Origin: Clostridium sp. CAG:571 | GTDB taxonomy: Bacteria > Bacillota > Clostridia > TANB77 > CAG-508 | DNA: 64,000 nucleotides | NCBI GenBank assembly: GCA_000434015.1 | Contig: HF999505.1 | Location: 31,585-95,584 of the forward strand | Reading direction: 5' to 3' | In this document: one piece after another, positions 21,890 through 32,062 of the stretch | How the letters are laid out: every line of letters starts with the position of its first letter | How positions within the stretch are numbered: the first letter of the stretch is position 1 | Notes under the pieces: model-generated | The model's database searches: none | Told to the model about the DNA's origin: nothing | The model's input: the letters and a program-made list of their open reading frames with translations, nothing else | Position numbers and translations under genes: made by a program

Positions 21890-22162
21890 ATGACTAGTCC
21901 TGAAAAAATTCTGGAAGAAGCGGAATATTTTATTTGTCACCAGTCTACATTGCGGAAAACTGCAGAGTATTTTAGAACTTCCAAAACAACACTTCACGAA
22001 GATTTTAGAGTAAGACTAAAAGAAATCGACATGAGGATGTATTTGAAAGTAAGACAGCTACTTGCAGAAAACAGAAAGGCTGCTCCGGTTAGAGGCGGTT
22101 TGGCACACAAGAAAAAATGCAGAAATGAGAAAAAACAAGTAATAAAAATTGCGGGTTTGTAA
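21890..22162 (+). CDS. SpoIIID-like HTH protein (second, divergent, GC-richer paralog)
   Basis: STLRKTAEYFRTSKTTLHEDF...APVRGGLAHKKK aligns with the SpoIIID motifs at 9080..9337. The composition is clearly GC-richer than the flanks. Confidence 0.65.
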   Translation: MTSPEKILEEAEYFICHQSTLRKTAEYFRTSKTTLHEDFRVRLKEIDMRMYLKVRQLLAENRKAAPVRGGLAHKKKCRNEKKQVIKIAGL

Positions 22163-22214
22163 TAAATTATATTGTTACAGATCCGTGATTTTTTTTAAAA
22201 GGAGAAAATATTAA

Positions 22215-23162
22215 ATGAGATGTATAATTGATGGTCACTGTGATACCTTATCAAAAGCTTTGGATACAAATACCAATTTAAATAATAGTAAGTTTTGTTT
22301 TAATTTAGATATTGTAAAAGATAATGTTCCATATATACAATTGATGGCTGCTTATGTGGATCCAGAATATGTAAGATGTAATATGGAAAAAGGAGGTTTT
22401 TATAGAGCTATTAATATCTTAAATAAGTTTGAAGAAGAAAAAAATAATGAAAATATAATAAATATTCTAAATAAATATGATTTAAATAGAGTTATCCTAG
22501 AAAACAAGATAGGAGTAATACTTACAATAGAAAATGGAAGTGCTATATCTGGAGATATCAATAATATAGAAAAACTTTTTAAAAAAGGTGTTAGAGTAAT
22601 GTCTGTTACTTGGAATGAAGATAATGATTTGGGGTGTGGTGCGCTAACTAAAAATGATAAAGGTCTTACAAAACTTGGCATAGAGTATATAAAAAAAATG
22701 GAGAAAATAAATATTCTTATAGATATATCACACTCTTCTGAAAAGACTTTTTGGGATATTATTAAAAATACTAATAATACAATTGTTGCAACGCATTCTT
22801 GCGTAAATTCTGTTTGTAATCATCCAAGAAATTTAAAAGATAGACAAATAATTGAAATCGCAAAAAGAAAAGGAATAATAGGAATATGTTTTGCATCAGA
22901 ATTCTTAAATGAATATGGTAAAAGTACGTCACATGACATAGTTAAACATATTAAATATATAAAAGAATTAGTTGGAATAGATTATGTTGGGCTTGGAAGT
23001 GACTTTGACGGAGTAGAAGAAACTAAAATGCCATTAGATATAAGAAATGTTAAGCATTTAAAAATATTAGAGGATAAAATGAAGTTAGAAGGGTTTACAA
23101 GTGAAGAGATTAGTAAAGTTATGGGGGAAAATTGGTTAAGAGTTTTAAATGATTTTTTTTAA
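22215..23162 (+). CDS. membrane dipeptidase (peptidase M19 family)
   Basis: IDGHCD at the N-terminus, plus HS..KTFWD, ATHSCV..HPRNL and GLGSDFDG motifs. Confidence 0.85.
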   Translation: MRCIIDGHCDTLSKALDTNTNLNNSKFCFNLDIVKDNVPYIQLMAAYVDPEYVRCNMEKGGFYRAINILNKFEEEKNNENIINILNKYDLNRVILENKIGVILTIENGSAISGDINNIEKLFKKGVRVMSVTWNEDNDLGCGALTKNDKGLTKLGIEYIKKMEKINILIDISHSSEKTFWDIIKNTNNTIVATHSCVNSVCNHPRNLKDRQIIEIAKRKGIIGICFASEFLNEYGKSTSHDIVKHIKYIKELVGIDYVGLGSDFDGVEETKMPLDIRNVKHLKILEDKMKLEGFTSEEISKVMGENWLRVLNDFF

Positions 23163-23318
23163 AATTGAATTCATTAAGTGTTCACATAGTATTTACTATA
23201 TTTACAGAAAAAGAACAAATAAAAAACACAAAACAGGTATATTATAAATACATAAAAAGAAAGGAGAGATGCTTATAAGAAATAATAGTAAAACTATAGA
23301 AGAAAGGGAAGTGATTTA

Positions 23319-23549
23319 GTGAATATAAAAATTGTAGGGTCTAATTGTAAAAATGGAATGCAATTATATAAAATGGCATCAAGAGCTGTAGAAGAGCTAG
23401 AAGAAAATATTGAGGTAGAAAAACTAGATGATAAAAATTCAATTAACAAATATGGTGTAAAAAATATACCTGGATTAATTATTAATAATCGACTAGTAAG
23501 TGAAGGAAAAGTATTAACTTCGAGAGAAATTACTAAATTGCTAGCATAA
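23319..23549 (+). CDS. thioredoxin-fold protein (MTH895/redox-active disulfide protein 2 family) lacking the CxxC pair
   Basis: GTG start. IKIVGSNCKNG...YGVKNIPGLIINNRLVSEGKVLTSREITKLL. The family normally has GxGCxxC, and here only one Cys remains. Confidence 0.55.
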   Translation: MNIKIVGSNCKNGMQLYKMASRAVEELEENIEVEKLDDKNSINKYGVKNIPGLIINNRLVSEGKVLTSREITKLLA

Positions 23550-23633
23550 TAGATAAAATAAAGATGTACATATAAAAATGATAAAGCACTTTAAAATAAT
23601 TTAGAGTGCTTTATTAAAAATGTACATTTTTTA

Positions 23634-24021
23634 TTATTGTTTTTTTATTTTAGGTTTTGCAATTAATGAAGCAATGTATCCAAAGAATACAGCTGCAGCA
23701 ATTCCTCCACTTGCTGATTTAACACCACCTACAAAGGCCCCTAAAAGACCAGATTTTTGAACTTCTTCGATAGCACCTTTAGCAAGATTGGCACCAAAAC
23801 CTGTTAGAGGAACGGTAGCGCCAGCACCAGCAAAATCTATTAAATATTTATATATTCCTAATCCACCGAAGAATTGCACCAGCAGTAACGAAAGTTACTA
23901 ATATTCTTGCAGGAGTTAATTTTGTTTTATCTATTAATATTTGTCCAATTATACAGATAATTCCACCTACAACAAAACATCTGAGTAATTGCATCCAATC
24001 AATATTTTGTATAAAATTCAT
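23634..24021 (-). CDS. spoVAE: stage V sporulation protein AE (SpoVAEb type), frame interrupted by extra C (complement of 23868)
   Basis: Pieces 23848..24030 and 23634..23879 join as ..[35 protein letters not shown].. ATG 24021 lies behind agaggtga. Confidence 0.85.
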
Positions 24022-24032
24022 AATAGTCACCT

Positions 24033-25038
24033 CTACACTTCTATACTAATAGCGTGGGCAATACCTGGAATAGATTCTCCTTGCTGAGTACTTGTTGAAT
24101 TCATTAATGCACCAGTTGCTATTAGTAATATTTTCTTTATTTTTTTATCTTTTAGTTGCTTAAAAAAGTATCCAGAGAAAATAGTTCCAAGGCAAGCGCA
24201 ACCACTACCTCCAGAATGAGTGTCTTGTTTTTCTTTATCAAACATTAAAACTCCGACAGTCATTGTAGTTAGACTTTATATTATATCCTTTTGTTTCAGA
24301 AAGTTCTATTAATATATCTTTACCAATATGCCCTAAATCTCCTGTAATAATTACGTCATAGTAACTTGGTTTTCTTTGAGTATCTCTAAGATGGGTAATT
24401 AAAGTGTCTAAGGCTGCAGGAGCCATAGCAGCTCCCATATTGTTTGCATCTTTTATTCCCATATCCACAATTTTTCCGGGGGTAATATGAGTAATAAATG
24501 GTCCTGTTCCTGATGATGTGAGAATTGCTGCGCCAGAGCCTGTTACTGTCCACTGTGCTGTTGGGGGTCTTTGGTTTCCAAGTTCTAATGGAAATCTAAA
24601 TTGTTTTTCTGCACTACAAAAGTGACTTGATGTAGCACATAATACATTTTGTGCAGCACCACTTTCTATAAATACACTACCAAGACACATACTTTCTACA
24701 AATGTAGAGCATGCACCAAATACTCCAAAAAAGGGAATATTTAGTTCACGAAGACCAAAACTAGAAGAGATACATTGGTTTAGTAAATCTCCTGCAAAAC
24801 AGTAATCTATTTGGGTAGCAGGTATATTAGATTTTGAAATAACAGTGCTAACAGTTTCTTTTATAATTTTACTTTCAGCTTTTTCCCATGTTTTTTCTCC
24901 CCAGAATTCATCATCTAAACATTGATCAAAATATTTAGCCATAGGTCCTTCAGATTCTTTTGGACCAACTATAGATGCTGTTTCTAAAATTGTTGGGGGG
25001 GTATCAAATTTTATTGTTTGTGTACCAATTCTTTTCAA
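24033..25038 (-). CDS. spoVAD: stage V sporulation protein AD, frame interrupted by extra C (complement of 24255)
   Basis: Pieces 24238..25038 and 24033..24263 join as ..KSNYNDC-GVLMFDKEKQDTHSGGSGCAC.. This is the thiolase-like SpoVAD fold. Confidence 0.9.
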
Positions 25039-25080
25039 GATAAATCCTCCTTTTTATAATTATTTTTAATTAAGAAAAAA

Positions 25081-25525
25081 TTATACGAAAAATGTAGCTA
25101 TTATTCCAATAATAACAGAAGCAGAAATACCAAATACTAATACTGGACCTGCAACAGTAAACATTTTTCCTCCGACTCCCATAACATAACCTTCAGATTT
25201 ATATTCTATTGCTGGTGAGACAATTGAGTTTGCAAAACCTGTTATAGGAATTAATGAACCGTGCACCAGCAAATTTACCAATTTTATTAAATATGTTTAG
25301 ACCTGTTAAAATTGCAGCAAGACCTATTAGTATAATAGAAACAACAGTAGAAGAGTTAGTTTGGTCCATTCCTTTGTATAGACAAAAGTCCATTATAATT
25401 TGGCCAATTGAACAAATTAGTCCACCAACCCAAAATGCATTAAAACAGTTTTTTAGTATAGGTGAGTTGGGGGATTTTTGATCAACATAGTCACTATATT
25501 CTTTTTTGGTTTCAATAGGTTTCAT
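25081..25525 (-). CDS. spoVAC: stage V sporulation protein AC, frame interrupted by extra C (complement of 25261)
   Basis: Pieces 25199..25525 and 25081..25281 join as ..NKIGKFAGA-GSLIPITGFANSIVSPAIEY.. Confidence 0.9.
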
Positions 25526-25537
25526 AAAGATACCTCC

Positions 25538-25744
25538 TTAAATTCTATTTCTATCTAATGTAAATGAAAGATCAAGATCTACGTAATATTCCTCAATTTT
25601 TTTACCACTAATTTTTGCTCTTTGCTCTAAAATTTTTACATTAGATAGATAATCTATAGTTTTAGATGCTTCTTCAATAGCTTTATTAATAGCATCTTTC
25701 CAAGATACTGTAGATGTACCTGTTATTATTAAATGTTTTTCCAT
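25538..25744 (-). CDS. dodecin-like small protein, first gene of the spoVA cluster
   Basis: HLIITGTSTVSWKDAINKAIEEASKTIDYLSNVKILEQRAKISGKKIEEYYVDLDLSF resembles the dodecin flavin-binding fold. Confidence 0.6.
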   Translation of the reverse strand: MEKHLIITGTSTVSWKDAINKAIEEASKTIDYLSNVKILEQRAKISGKKIEEYYVDLDLSFTLDRNRI

Positions 25745-25988
25745 GATAAACCTCCATAAGTTTAATTATTAAAATTAGTATGTGTAAAATTATTTAAGTT
25801 ATGCATAAATAAAAAAATTAGTTTTAATAAAAGTAATAAAAAAGATTTAAAGTAAAATAAGTAAATTGAATTTTGATAGAATAAATGTATGAAATACAGA
25901 ATATAAAGACAAACAAAAATTTGGAAAACTATTGAAAAAAATAAAAAATATGTTAAAATAAAAAATATTAAAATTAAAAGGAGGAACT

Positions 25989-26591
25989 ATGTTTTCATAT
26001 ATTAAAGGAAAATTAGAAGTAAAAACTACAGGGTATGTAGTAATAGATATAAATGGATTGGGATATAAAATTTTTATGTCAGATACAGCAATAAATAAAA
26101 TAGGTGATATAGGAGAAGTTGTTAAAGTACATACATATGTAAAAGTACGAGAAGATGATATTAGTATTTATGGATTTAATACTAATGAAGAATTAAGAAT
26201 GTTTGAATTATTACTTAGTGTTAGTGGAATTGGAGCTAAATCTGCAATTACAATATTATCAAATATTTCACCATCAAGTTTTGCTTTAGCAGTTATTACA
26301 AATAATGTTGGTGAAATAAAAAAATTACCTGGAATTGGTCCTAAAACAGCACAAAGAATAATTTTAGAATTGAAAGACAAATTAAAAACAGAAGAATCTA
26401 TAGAAAGTGATAATACTATAGAATTAAAAAATGCTATAACAGAAGATAATAAAGTTCAAGAAGCTATTTCAGCACTTCAAGTATTAGGATATAGCCAAAG
26501 AGAAATAGAAACTGCTATGAAAAATGTAGATAAAGATAATTTAAGTGTAGAAGATATTATTAGAAAAGGATTATATTATTTATCAAAATAG
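25989..26591 (+). CDS. ruvA: Holliday junction DNA helicase subunit RuvA
   Basis: MFSYIKGKL....GYVVIDINGLGYKIF, HhH motifs SVSGIGAKSAI and LPGIGPKTAQRI, and C-terminal domain III. Confidence 0.9.
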   Translation: MFSYIKGKLEVKTTGYVVIDINGLGYKIFMSDTAINKIGDIGEVVKVHTYVKVREDDISIYGFNTNEELRMFELLLSVSGIGAKSAITILSNISPSSFALAVITNNVGEIKKLPGIGPKTAQRIILELKDKLKTEESIESDNTIELKNAITEDNKVQEAISALQVLGYSQREIETAMKNVDKDNLSVEDIIRKGLYYLSK

Positions 26592-26637
26592 ATTAAATAA
26601 GTATAAAGAACAAATATAAATAATGAAAGGAAAAAAT

Positions 26638-27884
26638 ATGAATTTTAATGAACCATTGGCGTATAGAATGAGACCAAAAAATTTAGATGAATATGTAGGA
26701 CAAGATCATATTCTTGCAAAAGATAAAATTTTATATAGAACAATAAAAGCAGATAGATTATCTAGTATAATTTTATGGGGACCACCAGGATGCCGGAAAA
26801 ACATCTCTTGCGAGAGTAATTAGTGAAACAACAAAATACAAATTTACTAAAATAAATGCCGTAACAGCAGGCGTTTCAGATATAAAGCGTGCAATTGAAG
26901 AAGCAAGTAATATGTTGCTTAATCCAACAGGAAGATGTATATTATTTATTGATGAGATTCATAGGTTTAACAAATTGCAACAAGATGCATTGCTTCCATA
27001 TGTGGAAAAAGGTACTGTTATTTTAATTGGAGCAACTACAGAAAATCCATATTTTGAAGTAAATAAGGCTTTAATTTCTAGATCTATGGTATTTAGACTA
27101 GAACCACTAACAATAGATCAAATATTTAGAATTTTAAAAAGAGCAATTATAAGTAGTGATGGGCTGGGAAGTTATAAAATAAAAATAGAAGATGAAACTA
27201 TAAAAAAAATTGCAGAAGTTGCAAATGGTGATGTAAGAACAGCGTTAAATGGATTAGAAGTTGCAGTTCTTACAACTCGGAATGAGTGAAGATGGATATA
27301 TTCATATAACAAATGAGATTGCAGCAGAATGCGTACAAACGAGAAAAGCAATTTTTGATAAAAAAGGAGATAGCCATTATGATAATATAAGTGCTTTTAT
27401 AAAATCTATGAGAGGCTCAGACCCTGATGCTACAATATTTTATTTAGCAAGAGCTTTAAATGGAGGAGAAGATCCAGTATTTATGGCAAGAAGAATAGTT
27501 ATTGCTGCAGCAGAAGATGTAGGAATGGCAAATCCTAATGCTTTAGTAGTAGCAACATCTGCAATGCAAGCAGTAACAATGGTAGGAATGCCAGAAGCAA
27601 GGATAATACTTTCAGAAGCGGCAGTATATGTAGCAACATCTAAAAAGTCAAATGCAACATATTTAGGAATAAATAGAGCATTAGAAGATGTAAAAAACAA
27701 AGATACAGGAACAATTCCAATGCATATAAGAAATGCACCTGCGGAAGGAATGGAAAAAGAAGGTTATGGAGTGGGGTATAAATATCCGCATGACTATCCA
27801 GGACATGTAATTGAACAACAATATTTACCAGATAAAATGCTTGGAACTAAATATTATATAAAAGATGATACTATTGAAGAGTAA
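26638..27884 (+). CDS. rarA: replication-associated recombination protein A (RarA/MgsA AAA+ ATPase), frame interrupted by extra C at 26794 and at 27278
   Basis: Three ORF-track pieces (26623..26823, 26912..27289, 27261..27884). Skipping both Cs gives LWGPPGC-GKTSLARVI..FIDEIHRFNKLQQDALLP..GATTENP..AVLTT-GMSEDGYIHI..RGSDPDA.. Confidence 0.9.
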
Positions 27885-27977
27885 AGTTTTAATATATAGT
27901 AAGGTTTTTATATGTAATTTAGAAAAAAGAAAAGTAGATTATATATAATTAGTGTGTATAGAATAAGGTGTATAAAA

Positions 27978-28035
27978 AAGAATCTTAGATTATAATGTTT
28001 GATAAATAAATTTCACATTATAATTAAGATTCTCT
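27978..28035. terminator. long bidirectional hairpin between rarA and the SPFH gene
   Basis: agaatcttagattataatgt pairs with acattataattaagattct. This is an approximately 20-bp stem with 1 mismatch and a 16-nt loop. Confidence 0.6.
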
Positions 28036-28047
28036 TTTTATAAAATT

Positions 28048-28968
28048 TTATTTTTTCTTTTCATTTTTCTTTTCGTCTTTCATTACTTCTTTTATCGCAC
28101 CTAAACTACTTAAAGCGCTAGTTGCTTCGAATGGAATAAATACTTTATTTGCTTCTCCATTTGCAACTTCTTTTAAGGCTTCCAAAGATTTTAATTGAAC
28201 TAATTTTTCATCTGGATTTGCTTTCATCATTGCTTTGTAAACTAGTTCTATTTCTTGTGCTTTAGCATCTGCCACTTGTTTTATTGCTTCAGCTTCACCG
28301 GCAGCTCTTCTAATTGCAGATTCACGATCAGCTTCAGCTTCTAATATTGCAGCTTGTTTTTTACCTTCAGCAAGTGTGATTGCAGATTGTCTTTCACCTT
28401 CTGCTTGAAGAATTAAAGCTCTTTTATTTCTTTCAGCATTCATTTGTTTTTCCATTGCATCACGAATATCAGCAGGTGGTGTAATATCTTTTATTTCAAC
28501 TCTATCTATTTTACATCCCCATTGATCTGTTGCTTCATCCAATATAACTCTTAAACGATCATTTATTGCATCACGAGAACTGAATGTTTCGTCTAAATCC
28601 ATTTTACCAACGATATCACGTATTGTAGTAATAGCTAAATATTCAATACCTTTCTTTAAAGATTGAATTTCATATACAGCTTTTGCAGGATCTGTAATTT
28701 TATAGAAAACAACTGTATCTATTGTAATTGTAACATTATCTTTTGTAATAACACCTTGTGGTGGAATATCCATTGTTTGTTGTTTTAAACTAACTACTGA
28801 TCTAACATGATCAAAAAATGGAATAATTATTGTAAGACCAGCATCAGCAATTTTATGAAATTTACCAAGTCTTTCGATTATATAAACTTCTGATTGTTTT
28901 ACAACTTTTATTGTTTTAAATGCAATGATTAAAGCGATAACTAAAATTATAATAAAAAACCAAAACAT
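28048..28968 (-). CDS. SPFH/band 7 (stomatin-like) membrane protein
   Basis: N-terminal TM, an SPFH core (VKQSEVYIIERLGKF...TKDNVTITIDTVVFYKI) and a coiled Ala/Glu-rich C-terminus. Confidence 0.9.
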   Translation of the reverse strand: MFWFFIIILVIALIIAFKTIKVVKQSEVYIIERLGKFHKIADAGLTIIIPFFDHVRSVVSLKQQTMDIPPQGVITKDNVTITIDTVVFYKITDPAKAVYEIQSLKKGIEYLAITTIRDIVGKMDLDETFSSRDAINDRLRVILDEATDQWGCKIDRVEIKDITPPADIRDAMEKQMNAERNKRALILQAEGERQSAITLAEGKKQAAILEAEADRESAIRRAAGEAEAIKQVADAKAQEIELVYKAMMKANPDEKLVQLKSLEALKEVANGEANKVFIPFEATSALSSLGAIKEVMKDEKKNEKKK

Positions 28969-29016
28969 ATTTTTTCCTCCTTAATTACTATTTTTATACA
29001 TTTGGCAAATTAATAA

Positions 29017-29475
29017 CTAATTTAAAATTTCGGAGTCAGACTCAATAGTAGTAGAAGTAGTAACTACAGCTTTAACACCATCTATTTTTAATATTTTAAT
29101 ATTAGAGCCTTTAGGAATAAATGTTGAATCTGAGCACTTTGCAGACCAAACTTCTCCATCTACTTTTATTTGTCCTGTTCCAGAAATAGAATCTATATCT
29201 TCTATAACTAATCCGTGTTTACCAATTATTGAGTAGGCATTTGTAACTACTGTGTCTTTACTGTTCATGAATTTTTGAACAAAAGGCTTTGTAAGGAATA
29301 TTAGTAGTATAGAAGAAATAACAAATACTGCGGTTTGAATTATTAGACTATCTGTGAAAAAACTAACTACCATTGTAATTAGTGCAGCAATTCCTAGCCA
29401 AAAAACTAGAAAACCAACTGTTATCATTTCTAGTACAAAAAAGATACCAGAAGCAATTAACCAAAACTGCCACAT
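29017..29475 (-). CDS. NfeD family membrane protein
   Basis: Three TM helices plus a C-terminal OB-like domain (GTGQIKVDGEVWSAK). It forms the classical operon partner of the SPFH gene. Confidence 0.85.
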   Translation of the reverse strand: MWQFWLIASGIFFVLEMITVGFLVFWLGIAALITMVVSFFTDSLIIQTAVFVISSILLIFLTKPFVQKFMNSKDTVVTNAYSIIGKHGLVIEDIDSISGTGQIKVDGEVWSAKCSDSTFIPKGSNIKILKIDGVKAVVTTSTTIESDSEILN

Positions 29476-29611
29476 AGATTATGTACCTCCTTTAAATTTA
29501 AACTATACATATATATTATACTATAACTGGAATAAAAATGGAAGGGAATTGTTGACTTTTTATTAAAATAAGGATAAAATAAATAAGAAAATTTTATAAG
29601 GGGGATAAAAA

Positions 29612-30589
29612 ATGGAAAATCAAGAAAATAATAATCCAAATCAAGGAAACGGGCAAAATCAAGGAAATAATAATCAAATTCAATCAAATGGAGTAAATTC
29701 AAATATAAATAATCAAGGACCAATAACACCTCAAACTGGAAATGGTGGACAAGGGGGACAACAATATAATAATTACACACAAAATTTAAATAATCAAAAT
29801 ACAAAAAAGAAAAGTAAAGCCCCAATAATAATTATAATAGTAGTTATTGTTGTATTACTATTTGGATGTATAATTTCAGGAATAGTATTTATGGGAATAA
29901 AGCTATTTAAAAATGTAAATAATGTAAACAATGTAAATGAAATTATAAATGAAGTTAAAAATGAAGTTGGAAATAATACTACAACTAATAAGATAACAAA
30001 TAAGATTGGTAATAAAGTAAATAATACTGTTTCTAACAGTCTTTCAAATAATACAATAACAAATACAATAGATTCACAAACACCTAGCACAGACAATGGT
30101 GATGCAAAAACATCTACAAAAGATAATCCAATATCTAAAGGTGAATGGGGAATTGCTTCAAAATATAGTACACAAAATAAGGATTATGAAGATGTAAAGG
30201 TTAAAGTAACAAATATAACAAGAGGAGAAGAAGCAACAAAAGCTGTTAAAGATTTCGTAAATACTTCTTCATATTATAAATATGAAGAACCAAAAAGTGG
30301 ACTAGAGTGGGTAGTTGTAGAATATGATGTAGATTTTTCTAATTACACAATGCCTTCTATAGGAACAAATGCAGATGTAACATCTGGTGTAGAAGGAACT
30401 ACATCTAGTAGTGTAAAATACAATGGAACAACATGGATTTTAAGTACTACATATATAGGTTCAAGAGATTATGTAACAACAAATAAAGCTTCAGGCAAAA
30501 TTGCTATGCAAATGCCAATTGGATGCAAAGATTATTTAATTACTTTTGGAGCTTATGGAAAAACAAAAGCATATATAAAAGGTGAATAA
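29612..30589 (+). CDS. membrane-anchored protein with N/Q/G-rich low-complexity N-terminus and extracytoplasmic beta-rich domain (DUF4352-like)
   Basis: MENQENNNPNQGNGQNQGNNNQIQ..., TM APIIIIIVVIVVLLFGCIISGIVFMGI, an NVNNVNNVN repeat, then a globular C-terminal domain. Confidence 0.55.
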   Translation: MENQENNNPNQGNGQNQGNNNQIQSNGVNSNINNQGPITPQTGNGGQGGQQYNNYTQNLNNQNTKKKSKAPIIIIIVVIVVLLFGCIISGIVFMGIKLFKNVNNVNNVNEIINEVKNEVGNNTTTNKITNKIGNKVNNTVSNSLSNNTITNTIDSQTPSTDNGDAKTSTKDNPISKGEWGIASKYSTQNKDYEDVKVKVTNITRGEEATKAVKDFVNTSSYYKYEEPKSGLEWVVVEYDVDFSNYTMPSIGTNADVTSGVEGTTSSSVKYNGTTWILSTTYIGSRDYVTTNKASGKIAMQMPIGCKDYLITFGAYGKTKAYIKGE

Positions 30590-30644
30590 AAATAAAAAAT
30601 ATATAAAAGCGATAAAAATGCAAAGTAAAAATAAGAAAAAATAA

Positions 30645-30872
30645 TAAAAGAGAAATAAGTCATGGCTGAGAACTTATTAAAAACTTATTTTGAAATTTCA
30701 CATTTTTAGTTCTTTTCTTGAAATAAAAGTAGAGAAAAGCGGTTGTAACGTTAAAGCTAATAATAAGGTATATAAAGTCAAATCTTAATATTTGGCAAGA
30801 TATATAAAATTAGGTGGTACCACGAAAAAAGCTATTCGTCCTATATAAATAGGATTTGAATAGCTTTTTTTT
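30645..30872 (+). promoter_or_regulatory. T-box leader (Phe) with terminator/antiterminator upstream of pheST
   Basis: T-box sequence aattaggtggtaccacg (about 30808-30824), AGAGA-type box gtagagaaaagcgg, ttc triplets in the putative specifier region, and terminator aaaaagctattc...gaatagctttttttt (30824-30872). Confidence 0.8.
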
Positions 30873-30969
30873 AAAACTAAAATACAGTAATAAAAATGTA
30901 AAGTGTATATAAAGGTACCAAAAAGTGAGATCTATTTTATAATAGAAGAGTTAAGAAAGGAATGATTTT

Positions 30970-32019
30970 ATGAAAGAACAAATAGAAAAAATAAAAAGTA
31001 ATGCAATAGAAGAAATTGCAAAAATTACAGATTTAAAATCTTTAAATGAACTAAAGGTGAAATTTTTAGGGAAAAAAGGAGAACTTACATCTGTTTTAAG
31101 AGGAATGGGAGCACTAGAACCTGAAGAAAGACCTGTTATTGGAAGTTTGGTAAATGAAGTTAGAGATGAACTTGAATCTTTAATTTCAGAAAAAGAAGAA
31201 AATTTTAAACAAGAAGAAATGAATAGAAAATTAGAAAAAGAAACAATAGATATTACATTGCCAAGTAAAAAAGCTATTAGAGGTAGTAAACATCCAATAA
31301 ATAGAACTATTGAAGAAATTGAGGATTTATTTATTTCTATGGGATATGAAGTAGTAGATGGTCCAGAACTAGAAACAGATGAGTTCTGCTTTGAAAGATT
31401 AAATCTTCCAAAAGGTCATCCAGCAAGAGATATGCAAGATTCTTTTTATATAACAGATAATTACTTGCTTCGTACACAAACATCTGCTGTTCAAGCACAT
31501 ACAATGCTTAAGTATGCAGGTAAAAAGCCGATTAGAATGATTTGCATTGGAAAAACTTATAGAAGAGAAGATGATGCAACACATTCTCACCAATTTAATC
31601 AAGTTGAAGGTTTAGTAATAGATAAAAAAGAAAATCATGTTTCACTTGCAGATTTAAAAGGAACACTTGAAGTATTTATGAAAAAGATGTTAGGAGAAAA
31701 TACAAAACTTCGTTTTAGACCAAGTTATTTCCCTTTTACAGAGCCTTCTTATGAAGTAGACTGTACATGTTTTAAATGTGGTGGAAAAGGATGTAATTTA
31801 TGTAAAGACACAGGATGGATAGAAGTTTTAGGATCAGGAATAGTACATCCAAATGTTTTAAAGATGAATGGATATGATCCAGATGAATGGGGAGGATTTG
31901 CATTTGGAACAGGAATTGACCGTTTAGCAATGTTTAAATATGGAATCCCTGATATGAGATATTTATATGCAAATGATGTAAGATTTTTAAAACAATTTGA
32001 TAGAAAAGATATTGAATAA
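30970..32019 (+). CDS. pheS: phenylalanyl-tRNA synthetase alpha subunit
   Basis: Class II motifs [23 protein letters not shown] and [13 protein letters not shown]. Confidence 0.95.
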   Translation: MKEQIEKIKSNAIEEIAKITDLKSLNELKVKFLGKKGELTSVLRGMGALEPEERPVIGSLVNEVRDELESLISEKEENFKQEEMNRKLEKETIDITLPSKKAIRGSKHPINRTIEEIEDLFISMGYEVVDGPELETDEFCFERLNLPKGHPARDMQDSFYITDNYLLRTQTSAVQAHTMLKYAGKKPIRMICIGKTYRREDDATHSHQFNQVEGLVIDKKENHVSLADLKGTLEVFMKKMLGENTKLRFRPSYFPFTEPSYEVDCTCFKCGGKGCNLCKDTGWIEVLGSGIVHPNVLKMNGYDPDEWGGFAFGTGIDRLAMFKYGIPDMRYLYANDVRFLKQFDRKDIE

Positions 32020-32062
32020 ATATATAACTAAAACTTATATAAATAAAATAGGAGGAAGAATA

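Noticed and set aside
25989-27884. ruvA is not followed by ruvB; the next gene is the RuvB-like AAA+ rarA.
   Set aside because: The downstream protein has the RarA/MgsA-specific C-terminal domain (RGSDPDA...GEDP..ARR), so it is not RuvB. ruvB may simply be elsewhere, and this cannot be assessed from one window.
29457-29825. 122-aa minus-strand ORF overlapping the start of the N/Q-rich gene and the nfeD upstream region.
   Set aside because: It has no RBS, a Y/F/L-rich nonsense composition, and is antisense to a repeat-rich low-complexity coding region.
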